64,000 bases of DNA, from positions 49,945 to 113,944 of the forward strand of contig JBBQUW010000007.1 in assembly GCA_038212095.1 (NCBI GenBank), in the 5' to 3' direction. The notes beneath the pieces are model-generated. The model saw only the letters and a list, made by a program, of their open reading frames with translations. It had not been told where the DNA came from and did not search any database. Numbering within the stretch: the stretch's first letter is position 1; every line of letters starts with the position of its first letter. The translations under genes and the position numbers were made by a program. Below are positions 54,096 through 62,429 of this stretch, piece by piece. Origin of the DNA: Gaiellales bacterium. Its GTDB lineage: Bacteria > Actinomycetota > Thermoleophilia > Gaiellales > JAICJC01.

Positions 54096-54484
54096 GCGAC
54101 GCGAGCTACCCCGATGGGCTCTACTACAACGAGCAGCACGACTGGGCACGGGTGGAGGGTGACAGCGCCACCTTCGGCATCACCTGGTATGCGCAGGACA
54201 CGCTGGGCGAGGTCGTCTACTACAGCCCCGCCGCCGTCGGCACCGCGGTCACCCAGGGCGGCGAGTACGGGGAGCTCGAGTCGACCAAGGCCGTCTCGCC
54301 GTTGATCTCGCCGCTGGCCGGCGAGGTGACCGAGGTCAACGACGCGCTGGAGGGCAACGAGTCCAGCGTGAACGACGATCCCTACGGCGACGGCTGGCTG
54401 ATCAAAGTGCGGCTGGCGGATCCGTCACAGCTCGACTCGCTGATGGACGCTGCCGCTTACCAGGCGTACATCGAGACGCTGTGA
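54092..54484 (+). CDS. gcvH: Glycine cleavage system H protein
   Basis: Lipoyl-lysine motif ELESTKAVSPLISP. 130 aa. Confidence 0.95.
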   Translation: MSDASYPDGLYYNEQHDWARVEGDSATFGITWYAQDTLGEVVYYSPAAVGTAVTQGGEYGELESTKAVSPLISPLAGEVTEVNDALEGNESSVNDDPYGDGWLIKVRLADPSQLDSLMDAAAYQAYIETL

Positions 54485-55824
54485 CCTTCACCTCGCTGAC
54501 CGACTCCGACCGCCGGCAGATGCTGGCCACGATTGGCGTCGACTCGATCGAGCAGCTGTTCGCCGAGATTCCGGCCGCCGTGCGGCTGAACCGGCCGCTG
54601 GCGCTCGAGCCGGCGCTGTCGGAGGCGGAGCTGTGGGCGCACATGGCCGAGCTGGCCGAGCGCAACGTGCACGTCGGCCGCGAGCTCTCGTTCCTGGGTG
54701 CCGGCGTCTACGACCACTACGTGCCGGCCGTCGTCGACACGGTGATGCAGCGGGGCGAGTTCCTGACGGCCTATACGCCCTACCAGCCCGAGATGAGCCA
54801 GGGCGTCCTGCAAGCGATCTTCGAGTATCAGACCGCAATCTGCGAGCTGACCGGAATGGATGTCAGCAACGCCTCAGGGTACGACGGGATGACGGTCGCG
54901 GCGGACGCGTGCTATGTGGCCAAGCTCGCCACCGGCCGCAACAAGGTGGTGGTGGCTGAGGCGCTCAACCCCCAGGCCCGCGAGGTTGTGCGCACGTTCG
55001 CACCCGGGTTCGGCATGGAGGTGGTGGAGGTGCCCCATACCGATGGAGCGACCGACCCCGACCGCTGGCGAGATGCGGCGGCCGGGGCCGCGCTGGCGAT
55101 CTTCCAGCAGCCGAACTTCCTGGGCGTGCTGGAGGACGCGCCTGCGCTGGCCGAGGCGGCCACCGCCGCCGGCGCGCTGCCGGTCGCCCACGTCGACCCG
55201 ATGTCGCTCGGCGTGCTCGAGGCGCCGGGCAACTATGGCTGTGCGCTCGCGATCGGCGAGGGCCAGCCCGCGGGCAACTACCTCTCCTACGGCGGCCCCC
55301 ACTACGGCTTCCTGGCCGCACGCATGGAATACGCCCGACAGCTGCCGGGCCGGATCGTGGGCGAGACCTCTGACCGCGATGGCCGTCGCGGCTACGTGCT
55401 GACGCTGCAGACGCGCGAGCAGCACATCCGCCGCGAGAAGGCGACGTCCAACATCACCTCCAACCAGACGCTGCTCGCGCTGGGCGGTCTGGTCTATCTG
55501 TCGTGGCTGGGCCCGTCCGGGATTTCCGAGGTGGGGCAGCGCTCGGCCGCGCTGGCCGAGCACGCCAAGCGCCGGTTGGGGCTGCCGCCGGCCTTCGACC
55601 GGCCGACGTTGCGCGAGTTCGTCGTGCGCACGGGCATGCCCGCGCGCGACGTGATCGATGGCTGCAAAAAGCTGGGTGTCCACCCTGGACTGGCGGTCGG
55701 CCGCTACTACGAGGGACTTGACGACGCGCTCATGATGGCCTTCACGGAGCGGCGCACGGTGGAGGAGATCGAGCGCCTGGCGGATGCGTTGGAGTCGGTC
55801 GGCGTGCGGCTGGGGCAGCTATGA
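54481..55824 (+). CDS. gcvPA: Glycine dehydrogenase (decarboxylating) subunit 1
   Basis: Family-typical sequence ([35 protein letters not shown]). GTGA overlap with gcvH. Confidence 0.95.
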   Translation: MTFTSLTDSDRRQMLATIGVDSIEQLFAEIPAAVRLNRPLALEPALSEAELWAHMAELAERNVHVGRELSFLGAGVYDHYVPAVVDTVMQRGEFLTAYTPYQPEMSQGVLQAIFEYQTAICELTGMDVSNASGYDGMTVAADACYVAKLATGRNKVVVAEALNPQAREVVRTFAPGFGMEVVEVPHTDGATDPDRWRDAAAGAALAIFQQPNFLGVLEDAPALAEAATAAGALPVAHVDPMSLGVLEAPGNYGCALAIGEGQPAGNYLSYGGPHYGFLAARMEYARQLPGRIVGETSDRDGRRGYVLTLQTREQHIRREKATSNITSNQTLLALGGLVYLSWLGPSGISEVGQRSAALAEHAKRRLGLPPAFDRPTLREFVVRTGMPARDVIDGCKKLGVHPGLAVGRYYEGLDDALMMAFTERRTVEEIERLADALESVGVRLGQL

Positions 55825-57263
55825 AGCTGATCTACGAGCGATCGCAGGCGGGGCGCCGCGCATCCTCGGTGCCCGACCCCGGGCTGCCGCCGGCGGACGT
55901 TCCGCAGCGGCTGCGGCGCGCGCGCCCAGCCCGGCTGCCGGAGCTGGCCGAGCCGGAGCTGGTGCGCCACTTCACGGAGCTCTCCACTCGCAACTTCGGC
56001 ATCGACACCGGCTTCTATCCGCTGGGCTCGTGCACGATGAAGTACAACCCGCGCGTCAACGAGCGGCTGGTCGGGCTGCCCGGCTTCCGCGACCTGCATC
56101 CCTACCAGGACGACGCCGACGCCCAGGGAGCGCTGGAGTTGATGTGGCGGCTGCAGGAGATCCTGGCCGAGGTGGTGGGGCTGGACGCCGTCACGCTGCA
56201 GCCGGCCGCCGGTTCGCAGGGCGAGCTGACCGGGTTGACCCTGATCAGCGCCTACTTCCGCGACCGCGGCGAGCACGAGCAGCGGCGCGAGATCGTGATC
56301 CCCGACACCGCCCACGGTACCAACCCGGCCAGCGTTACTATGGCAGGCTACAACGTTGTCAAGGTCAACGTTGACGCGCGAGGCAACATCGACATGGACG
56401 ACCTGCGCGGGAAGGTGGGGCCGGCCACCGCGGGGCTGATGCTGACCAACCCATCGACGCTGGGACTGTTCGAGGAGCGGATCGAGGAGGTGGCCGCGAT
56501 CTTCCACGAAGCCGGTGCGCTGCTCTACTACGACGGCGCGAACCTGAACGCGGTCTGCGGTGTTTCCCGCCCTGGCGACATGGGATTCGACGTCCTGCAC
56601 TTCAACCTGCACAAGACGTTCTCGCAGCCGCACGGCGGCGGCGGGCCCGGTGCCGGCTCGGTTGCCGTGAGAGACATCCTCGAGCCGTACCTGCCCGCTC
56701 CCACCGTGGTGCGGGAGGGCGACAGCTACCGCCTCGACTACGACCGGCCGCGCTCCATCGGTCGCGTGCGCGGATTCGGCGGCCCGTTCGGGGTGTTCGT
56801 ACGGGCGTATGCCTTCATCCGCATGTGGGGACCGGGCTTGCGTGAGATGTCCGAGACGGCCGTGCTGAACGCCAACTATATGCTGGCTCGGCTGCGCGAT
56901 GACTACGAGCTGCACTACGACCGCCACTGCATGCACGAGTTCGTGCTGTCGGCGCGCGGGCTGAAGAAGGAGTACGGCGTGACAGCCCTGGACGTCGTCA
57001 AGCGGCTGATGGACTTCGGCTACCACCCACCCACCGTGTACTTCCCGCTGGTGGTGCCTGAGGCGCTGATGATCGAGCCGACCGAGACCGAGGCCAAGGA
57101 GACGCTGGACGAGTTCTGTGACGCGATGCTGGCGATCGTGCGCGAGGCGGCCGAGACGCCGGAGCTGCTCAAGCAGGCCCCGCATACGCGGCCGGTGTCC
57201 CGGCTGGACGAGGCGGCGGCCGCCAAGCGGCTGGTCGTGAGGCACCATTTCGACGAGCAGTAG
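55821..57263 (+). CDS. gcvPB: Glycine dehydrogenase (decarboxylating) subunit 2
   Basis: PLP-lysine region [22 protein letters not shown] overlap with gcvPA. Confidence 0.95.
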   Translation: MKLIYERSQAGRRASSVPDPGLPPADVPQRLRRARPARLPELAEPELVRHFTELSTRNFGIDTGFYPLGSCTMKYNPRVNERLVGLPGFRDLHPYQDDADAQGALELMWRLQEILAEVVGLDAVTLQPAAGSQGELTGLTLISAYFRDRGEHEQRREIVIPDTAHGTNPASVTMAGYNVVKVNVDARGNIDMDDLRGKVGPATAGLMLTNPSTLGLFEERIEEVAAIFHEAGALLYYDGANLNAVCGVSRPGDMGFDVLHFNLHKTFSQPHGGGGPGAGSVAVRDILEPYLPAPTVVREGDSYRLDYDRPRSIGRVRGFGGPFGVFVRAYAFIRMWGPGLREMSETAVLNANYMLARLRDDYELHYDRHCMHEFVLSARGLKKEYGVTALDVVKRLMDFGYHPPTVYFPLVVPEALMIEPTETEAKETLDEFCDAMLAIVREAAETPELLKQAPHTRPVSRLDEAAAAKRLVVRHHFDEQ

Positions 57264-57270
57264 CGGCGCC

Positions 57271-57972
57271 GTGGAGGCGGTGCTCTTCGACTACGGCGAC
57301 ACGCTGTTCCATTTCCGTTACGAGCAGCGCACCCACCGCCGCGCGCTGGAGCGTCTGGTCGAGGTGATGGAGCTGGTGGAGATCGACCAGCGGGCTCTGT
57401 TCGACGAGTTCATGGCGCGATTCGAGCGAGCGCTGGAGGAGCGCGGCGAGCACGCCGAGATGGACTACGCCGGCCTGGTGCGCGAGGTGCTGGCGGCGTT
57501 CGGGGTGTCGGTGGACGACGAGCGGCTGATGCGCGGCCTGCACGCCGAGCACCGCGCGTGGGATGCCAGCCGTGAGCTCCATCCCAGCACCACCGTCCTG
57601 CTCGATGAGCTGCGCCGGCGAGGGCTGCGCGTCGGTCTGGTATCGAACGCGTTCGATCCGCCGTCTTTCATGCATGAGGATCTCGAGCTGGCGGGCATCG
57701 CCGCGCGGATCGATGCCGCCGTGTTCTCGTCCGAGCTCGGGCTGCGCAAGCCGCACCCCGCCATCTACCGCAGCGTGCTGGAGCGGTTGGCGGTCGAGCC
57801 GGAGCGGGCGCTGTTTGTCGGCGACCGCGTGCTGGAGGATGTGGTCGGCCCGCGGCGGCTGGGAATGCGCACGTGCCTGGCGTTGTACTTTCGTGAGGAC
57901 GAGGGTGACCACTCGCTGGCCGACCATCGCATTCACGACCCGCTTGACGTGCTCGCGCTGATCACCCGATGA
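57271..57972 (+). CDS. HAD-superfamily hydrolase (subfamily IA-like)
   Basis: Motif I FDYGDTL, motif II LVSNA, motif III RKPHP and motif IV FVGDRVLEDV. Confidence 0.8.
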   Translation: MEAVLFDYGDTLFHFRYEQRTHRRALERLVEVMELVEIDQRALFDEFMARFERALEERGEHAEMDYAGLVREVLAAFGVSVDDERLMRGLHAEHRAWDASRELHPSTTVLLDELRRRGLRVGLVSNAFDPPSFMHEDLELAGIAARIDAAVFSSELGLRKPHPAIYRSVLERLAVEPERALFVGDRVLEDVVGPRRLGMRTCLALYFREDEGDHSLADHRIHDPLDVLALITR

Positions 57973-58032
57973 GCCTGCCGGCGGCCCCGGCTCGCACTGG
58001 TTCGAATCGGATACGCGGGTAGACTGGTCGCC

Positions 58033-58440
58033 ATGGGCAGCATCCGACAATCCCTGCCGGTTGCCGAGCAGCGCACCGAGGTCGAGTGCCGGCGATGCGG
58101 CGTCGTCTGCCAGAAGGTGATCCACCCGCAGCGCTGTGTGGAACAGGCCTGTCCCTTCCTGTACTCGTTCGACGCCTTCGGCCGGTCGTACACGGGATGC
58201 ACGCAGGGCATCTTCGGCGTGGCCATCGACGCCGAGCACCTGGAGCAGGGGAAGCGCCGCCGCGGCGGCTTCGGATCGATCCGCGCGGTGCGCCAGCCGC
58301 TGGCGATCTGCCCGGCCGAGGTCGAGCGGGCGTACGAGAACCGCGAAGAGCCGATGGGCTGTATCAATCCCGAGTTCTACGAGCTTCCTGACCGCGACGG
58401 CTTCCGTGTGGTCGAACGGCCGTACGCGGGCGGCGCGTGA
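58033..58440 (+). CDS. Hypothetical Cys-rich protein
   Basis: 135 aa with 8 Cys, including CRRCGVVC. Protein-like composition, no family recognised. Its stop overlaps the next start (GTGA). Confidence 0.55.
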   Translation: MGSIRQSLPVAEQRTEVECRRCGVVCQKVIHPQRCVEQACPFLYSFDAFGRSYTGCTQGIFGVAIDAEHLEQGKRRRGGFGSIRAVRQPLAICPAEVERAYENREEPMGCINPEFYELPDRDGFRVVERPYAGGA

Positions 58441-59186
58441 CGTTGCCGCGCGTGCTGGCTCGGATCTCGCTGGTGGTCGTTGTCGCCTGCTTCGGCATGA
58501 TCGCATTGGGCGCGGCGCCGGCCGGCGGTGGCGGCGGTGTCCGCGCGGCCGTCACGCTGTCGGCGGCCGCCGCGATCCCCCCGGCGCCGCTGGCGATCCC
58601 GCCGCGGCCGACCGGGCCAGGTGAGTTGATCGGCATGGTGACGCGTCCCCTCCTCACCTCCGCCGGCGCCGTCTCGCCGGTGACGCCGCTTGGCGGCCAC
58701 ACCTGGCTGCTGATCCTGCGCCATCATGGCCGCTACGGTTCGGCGCTCGTGCCAACCGCCGGCCAGCCGCGCCTCGCCCGGATCGACATCTCGTCGCTCC
58801 AGCTGCGCTGGACGCGAGTACGGATCGTCGTCGATATCTCCCACCTTCGTCTGTCGGTGACGCGGGGAAGCCGGCTGCTGGGTCGATTTCCGATCGCCGC
58901 CGGCACCTCCGCCACGCCCACGCCGACGGGGATGTTCTCGGTCACCGATCGCGTCGCGTTCTCGCAGCCCGGCAGCTACGGCAGCTTCGCGCTTGGCCTC
59001 AGCGCCCACCAGCACCACCTCGTGGCGGGTTGGACGGGCGGCGATCAGATCGCGATCCACGGCACCGACAACCCGGCGTCGATCGGCACCTTCGCCAGCC
59101 TGGGCTGCATCCGTGTCAGCGAGATCGCGCTGCGGGTGTTGAAGCGGGTGGTGCCGCTGGGCGCGCCGGTCGTCGTGCGCCTGTAG
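58437..59186 (+). CDS. L,D-transpeptidase (YkuD domain)
   Basis: N-terminal TM/signal segment. Catalytic region IAIHGTDNPASIGTFASLGCIRV (His...Cys of YkuD). Confidence 0.85.
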   Translation: MTLPRVLARISLVVVVACFGMIALGAAPAGGGGGVRAAVTLSAAAAIPPAPLAIPPRPTGPGELIGMVTRPLLTSAGAVSPVTPLGGHTWLLILRHHGRYGSALVPTAGQPRLARIDISSLQLRWTRVRIVVDISHLRLSVTRGSRLLGRFPIAAGTSATPTPTGMFSVTDRVAFSQPGSYGSFALGLSAHQHHLVAGWTGGDQIAIHGTDNPASIGTFASLGCIRVSEIALRVLKRVVPLGAPVVVRL

Positions 59187-59627
59187 CTACTCGTCGCCCT
59201 CCGGTCGCCGCCGCAGCCGTTTGACTTGGCCGGTGCGCTTCTTGCCCTCGACCCGACGCGCCTTGGCGGCCCGGCTGGGCCGGGTCGGGCGGCGGGGCGG
59301 CGGCGGCGGCGCCAGTGCCTCGCGCATCGCCTCGACGAACCGCTGCACCGCCAGCTGGCGGTTTCGCAGCTGGCTGCGCTCGTCCTGTGCCACCAGCCGC
59401 AGGCGGCCCTCGCCGTCGAGTCGGGCGCCCAGCCGCCGGCGCGCTCGCGAGCGTTCGGCGTCCGTCAGGGTGGGCGACCGTTCGAGGTCGAACACCAGCT
59501 CGACGCGGGTGCTGGACGTGTTGACGTGCTGGCCGCCCGGGCCGCCGGCGCGCGAGAAGCGGAACTCGAGCTCGGCCATCGGCAGGCCGGACGCCGCGCC
59601 TATCTCGAGGAGGTCGCCGTCTGCCAC
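59187..59627 (-). CDS. arfB: Alternative ribosome-rescue factor ArfB (peptidyl-tRNA hydrolase, RF-1 domain)
   Basis: GGQ motif context SRAGGPGGQHVNTSSTRVEL and a basic C-terminal tail. 146 aa. Confidence 0.9.
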   Translation of the reverse strand: MADGDLLEIGAASGLPMAELEFRFSRAGGPGGQHVNTSSTRVELVFDLERSPTLTDAERSRARRRLGARLDGEGRLRLVAQDERSQLRNRQLAVQRFVEAMREALAPPPPPRRPTRPSRAAKARRVEGKKRTGQVKRLRRRPEGDE

Positions 59628-60481
59628 CGTTTCACACCCTTGCGGTTGAGCCGGCGCAGGGCCGCCATCTCGGCCAGATCGGGACCGCGGCCATCCGCGC
59701 CGGACGTCTCCATCACCATCGGCAGGTGCTGGAGGGCCGGGTGTCCCAGCATCACCGCCAGACCCTCGCCGATCTCGCCCTGCGCGAGGTTCTCATGCCG
59801 GTCGCGGTTGGAGCCGAACGGCAGCTTGGAGTCGTTGACGTGCAGGCAGCGCAGCCGGTCAAGCCCGATCCGCTCGTCCACCTCGCCCAGCAGACCGTCC
59901 ATTCCTTCCGGCGTCGTGATATCGATGCCGCTGGCGAACAGGTGGCAGGTGTCGAGGCAGATGCCGACACCCGGCGGGCGGCCGAGCTCGTCGATGATGC
60001 GGGCCAGCTCGGCAATGGTGACGCCGATCGTGCCCTGATGGCCGGCGCTATTTTCGAGCAGCAGCCATGGCCCATCGGCCGCTCGCTCGCCGATCACGAT
60101 CTGCAGCCCGGGCACGATCTGGTGCATCGCCGCGTCCACTCCCCGACCGAGGTGGCTGCCGACGTGGAAGACGACGCCCTCCGCACCGATCCGGTGGCCG
60201 ACGTCGACGGTGGTCGAGAGGGCACGCACCGAGCGGTGGTAGATGGCGTCGTCGGTCGCGCCGAGGTTGATCAGGAAGGTGGCGTGACAGACGACCGCGC
60301 CCACGCCGACCTCGCCACGGCGCTGGTGAAACTGCGCCACCGCCTGATCGCTGTGCGCGGTCGGCTTCCACATCCGCGGGCTCTGCGTGAACACCTGCAC
60401 GGCCGTCGCCCCAAGTGCCTCGGCGCGGTCGATGGCAGTGTGGATTCCTCCGGCGGACGAGACGTGGGCTCCCAACAGCAT
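59600..60481 (-). CDS. nfo: Endonuclease IV (AP endonuclease family 2)
   Basis: MLLGAHVSSAGGIHTAIDRAEALGATAVQVFTQSPRMW... is colinear with Nfo. Only the last 293 codons of the 541-aa track ORF are Nfo-like. Start is ATG60481. Confidence 0.9.
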   Translation of the reverse strand: MLLGAHVSSAGGIHTAIDRAEALGATAVQVFTQSPRMWKPTAHSDQAVAQFHQRRGEVGVGAVVCHATFLINLGATDDAIYHRSVRALSTTVDVGHRIGAEGVVFHVGSHLGRGVDAAMHQIVPGLQIVIGERAADGPWLLLENSAGHQGTIGVTIAELARIIDELGRPPGVGICLDTCHLFASGIDITTPEGMDGLLGEVDERIGLDRLRCLHVNDSKLPFGSNRDRHENLAQGEIGEGLAVMLGHPALQHLPMVMETSGADGRGPDLAEMAALRRLNRKGVKRWQTATSSR

Positions 60482-60523
60482 CGGATGAGTGTAGTCAGGC
60501 CTGGCCGGTAGGATCTGTCGGCC

Positions 60524-61960
60524 ATGCCCGACCAGCCAGTCCGCGTCCGCTTCCCTCCCTCGCCCACCGGGCTGCTGCACGTCGGCAGCGCCCGAACCGC
60601 GCTGTACAACTGGCTTTTCGCCCGGCACGCCGGCGGAAAGCTGGTGCTGCGGTTCGAAGACACCGATCGCGCGCGCTCCACTGACGCCGCGGTCGAGCAG
60701 GCGTTGCGGGTGCTGGAGTGGCTCGGCATCGACTGGGACGAGGGCCCCTCGCGACAGACGGAGCGCTACCCCCGCTACGCCGCGGCCGCATCGGGCCTGA
60801 TCGACGCGGGCAGGGCCTACCGCTGTTACTGCACTGCCAAGGAGCTCGACGCCGAGCGCGAGGCCCGTCAGCGCTCCCAGCAGCCGCTGATCTACTCCGG
60901 CCGCTGCCGCCGGCTGAGCGACGAGCAGCGGGCCGCGTACGAGGCGGAGGGCCGCTCGTCGGTGGTGCGGCTGGTGATGGATCCGGCCGGCGAGACGGTG
61001 ATCGACGACATCGTGCGTGGGACCGTCACCTGGGACAATGCGCTGCAGGGGGATTTCATCGTGCTGCGCTCGGATGGCTCGCCCACGTATCAGTTCGCCA
61101 ACCCACTGGATGACATCGAGGCCGAGATCAGCCACGTCATCCGGGGAGAGGATCTGCTCTCGTCCACGCCGAGGCAGCTGGCGGTGTACCGGGCGATGGG
61201 GGCCGGCGAACCGCGCTTCGCCCACCTACCCATGATCCTCGGCCCGGACAAGAAGCGGCTCTCCAAGCGCCACGGCGCCGTCTCTGTCGAGGAGTTCCGC
61301 GATCGCGGCTACCTGGCCGAGACGATGCGCAACTACCTGGCGCTGATCGGCTGGAGCTTCGACGACAAGACGACGGTGATGACCACCGCCGAACTGGTGG
61401 AGCGGTTCACGCTCGAGCGCGTCAACACCAGCCCCGGCGTGTTCGATTTTGCCAAGCTGGAGTGGCTCAACGGTGAGCATCTGCGGATGCTGGCGCCGGA
61501 GCGGTTCTGCGATGAGCTGCTGGAGCATCTGGAACGGTCAGGCTCACCCCTGGCCGCCCAGCCCGAGCGGGTGCGCGAGGTCGCCCCGATCGTGCAGGAA
61601 AAGCTGCGCGAGCTGTCCCAGTTCGAGAGCTACGGGGCGTTCCTGTTCGGGCCGGCGGTCTATGACGACGAGGCGGTGGGCCGCGTGGTGGACGACCCGG
61701 ACGCGCCGCGGGCGCTGGAGTCTGCGCGAGCTGCGCTGGAGCGTCTGGTGGAGTGGACGGCGGCCTCGATCGAGGAGGCGCTGCGGGCGGCCTGCGACGA
61801 GACCGGGCTGAAGCCGCGCGTCCTGTTTGGCCCGGTGCGGGTGGCGATCTCCGGTCGGTCGGTGGCGCCGGGCCTGTTCGAGAGCCTGGCCCTGCTGGGG
61901 CGCGACGAGTCGATGGCCCGGATCGATACGTTGGGCAGGAGATTCACGCTCGAGGGGTAA
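60524..61960 (+). CDS. gltX: Glutamyl-tRNA synthetase
   Basis: HIGH-type motif PSPTGLLHVGSART and KMSKS-type motif KRLSKRHG. Confidence 0.95.
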   Translation: MPDQPVRVRFPPSPTGLLHVGSARTALYNWLFARHAGGKLVLRFEDTDRARSTDAAVEQALRVLEWLGIDWDEGPSRQTERYPRYAAAASGLIDAGRAYRCYCTAKELDAEREARQRSQQPLIYSGRCRRLSDEQRAAYEAEGRSSVVRLVMDPAGETVIDDIVRGTVTWDNALQGDFIVLRSDGSPTYQFANPLDDIEAEISHVIRGEDLLSSTPRQLAVYRAMGAGEPRFAHLPMILGPDKKRLSKRHGAVSVEEFRDRGYLAETMRNYLALIGWSFDDKTTVMTTAELVERFTLERVNTSPGVFDFAKLEWLNGEHLRMLAPERFCDELLEHLERSGSPLAAQPERVREVAPIVQEKLRELSQFESYGAFLFGPAVYDDEAVGRVVDDPDAPRALESARAALERLVEWTAASIEEALRAACDETGLKPRVLFGPVRVAISGRSVAPGLFESLALLGRDESMARIDTLGRRFTLEG

Positions 61961-61979
61961 AACGGGAGATGGACCCGTC

Positions 61980-62399
61980 ATGACCTCGATCACCACCAAC
62001 CGACCGCGCTCGATCCAGCTTCCAGAGATCAGTCTGGCTGCGATCGTGCTGGCACTGGCGTTCGCCGCCGTGGTGGCATCGGTTGTCGGCATCGCGGCGT
62101 GGACGATCCGCTCCGGCCCCGGCATCACCCAATCGGACGTCGCGGCCGCCCAGCAGGCCGCGTACGCGAACGGCCACGATGCCGGCTACCAGGACGGGCT
62201 CACCAAGGGCCGCGCCGGCGGTCACGCGTCGGGCTATCGGGCCGGGCATGCCGATGGTTTCAAGGCCGGTCGCCAGGCGGGGCTCGCCACCGGCCTTCGC
62301 AGAGGTCGCACGGCCGGGTATTCGGCCGGCTACGCCGCGGGCCAGGCGGCCGCGCAGCCGATCGCAAAGACGACCACCACCAAGACGACCACGCACTGA
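61980..62399 (+). CDS. Small membrane-anchored protein with a 14-unit GxxxG repeat
   Basis: 139 aa. One TM (LAAIVLALAFAAVVASVVGIAAW), then Gly at every fourth residue for 15 consecutive glycines (NGHDAGYQDGLTKGRAGGHASGYRAGHADGFKAGRQAGLATGLRRGRTAGYSAGYAAG), then a TTTKTTTH tail. Start trimmed to ATG61980. Confidence 0.65.
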   Translation: MTSITTNRPRSIQLPEISLAAIVLALAFAAVVASVVGIAAWTIRSGPGITQSDVAAAQQAAYANGHDAGYQDGLTKGRAGGHASGYRAGHADGFKAGRQAGLATGLRRGRTAGYSAGYAAGQAAAQPIAKTTTTKTTTH

Positions 62400-62407
62400 G
62401 CGGACGC

Positions 62408-62426
62408 GCGCGTCGGCTCGACGCGC
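62408..62426. terminator. Short stem-loop between convergent genes
   Basis: GCGCGTC / GGCTC loop / GACGCGC (7 bp) lies between stops at 62399 (+) and 62430 (-). No U-tract. Confidence 0.35.
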
Positions 62427-62429
62427 CAT

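Noticed and set aside
59600-61225. 541-aa ORF read as a single large protein.
   Set aside because: Only the C-terminal 293 codons (59600-60481) are colinear with endonuclease IV. The upstream part is antisense to the well-supported gltX and is not protein-like.
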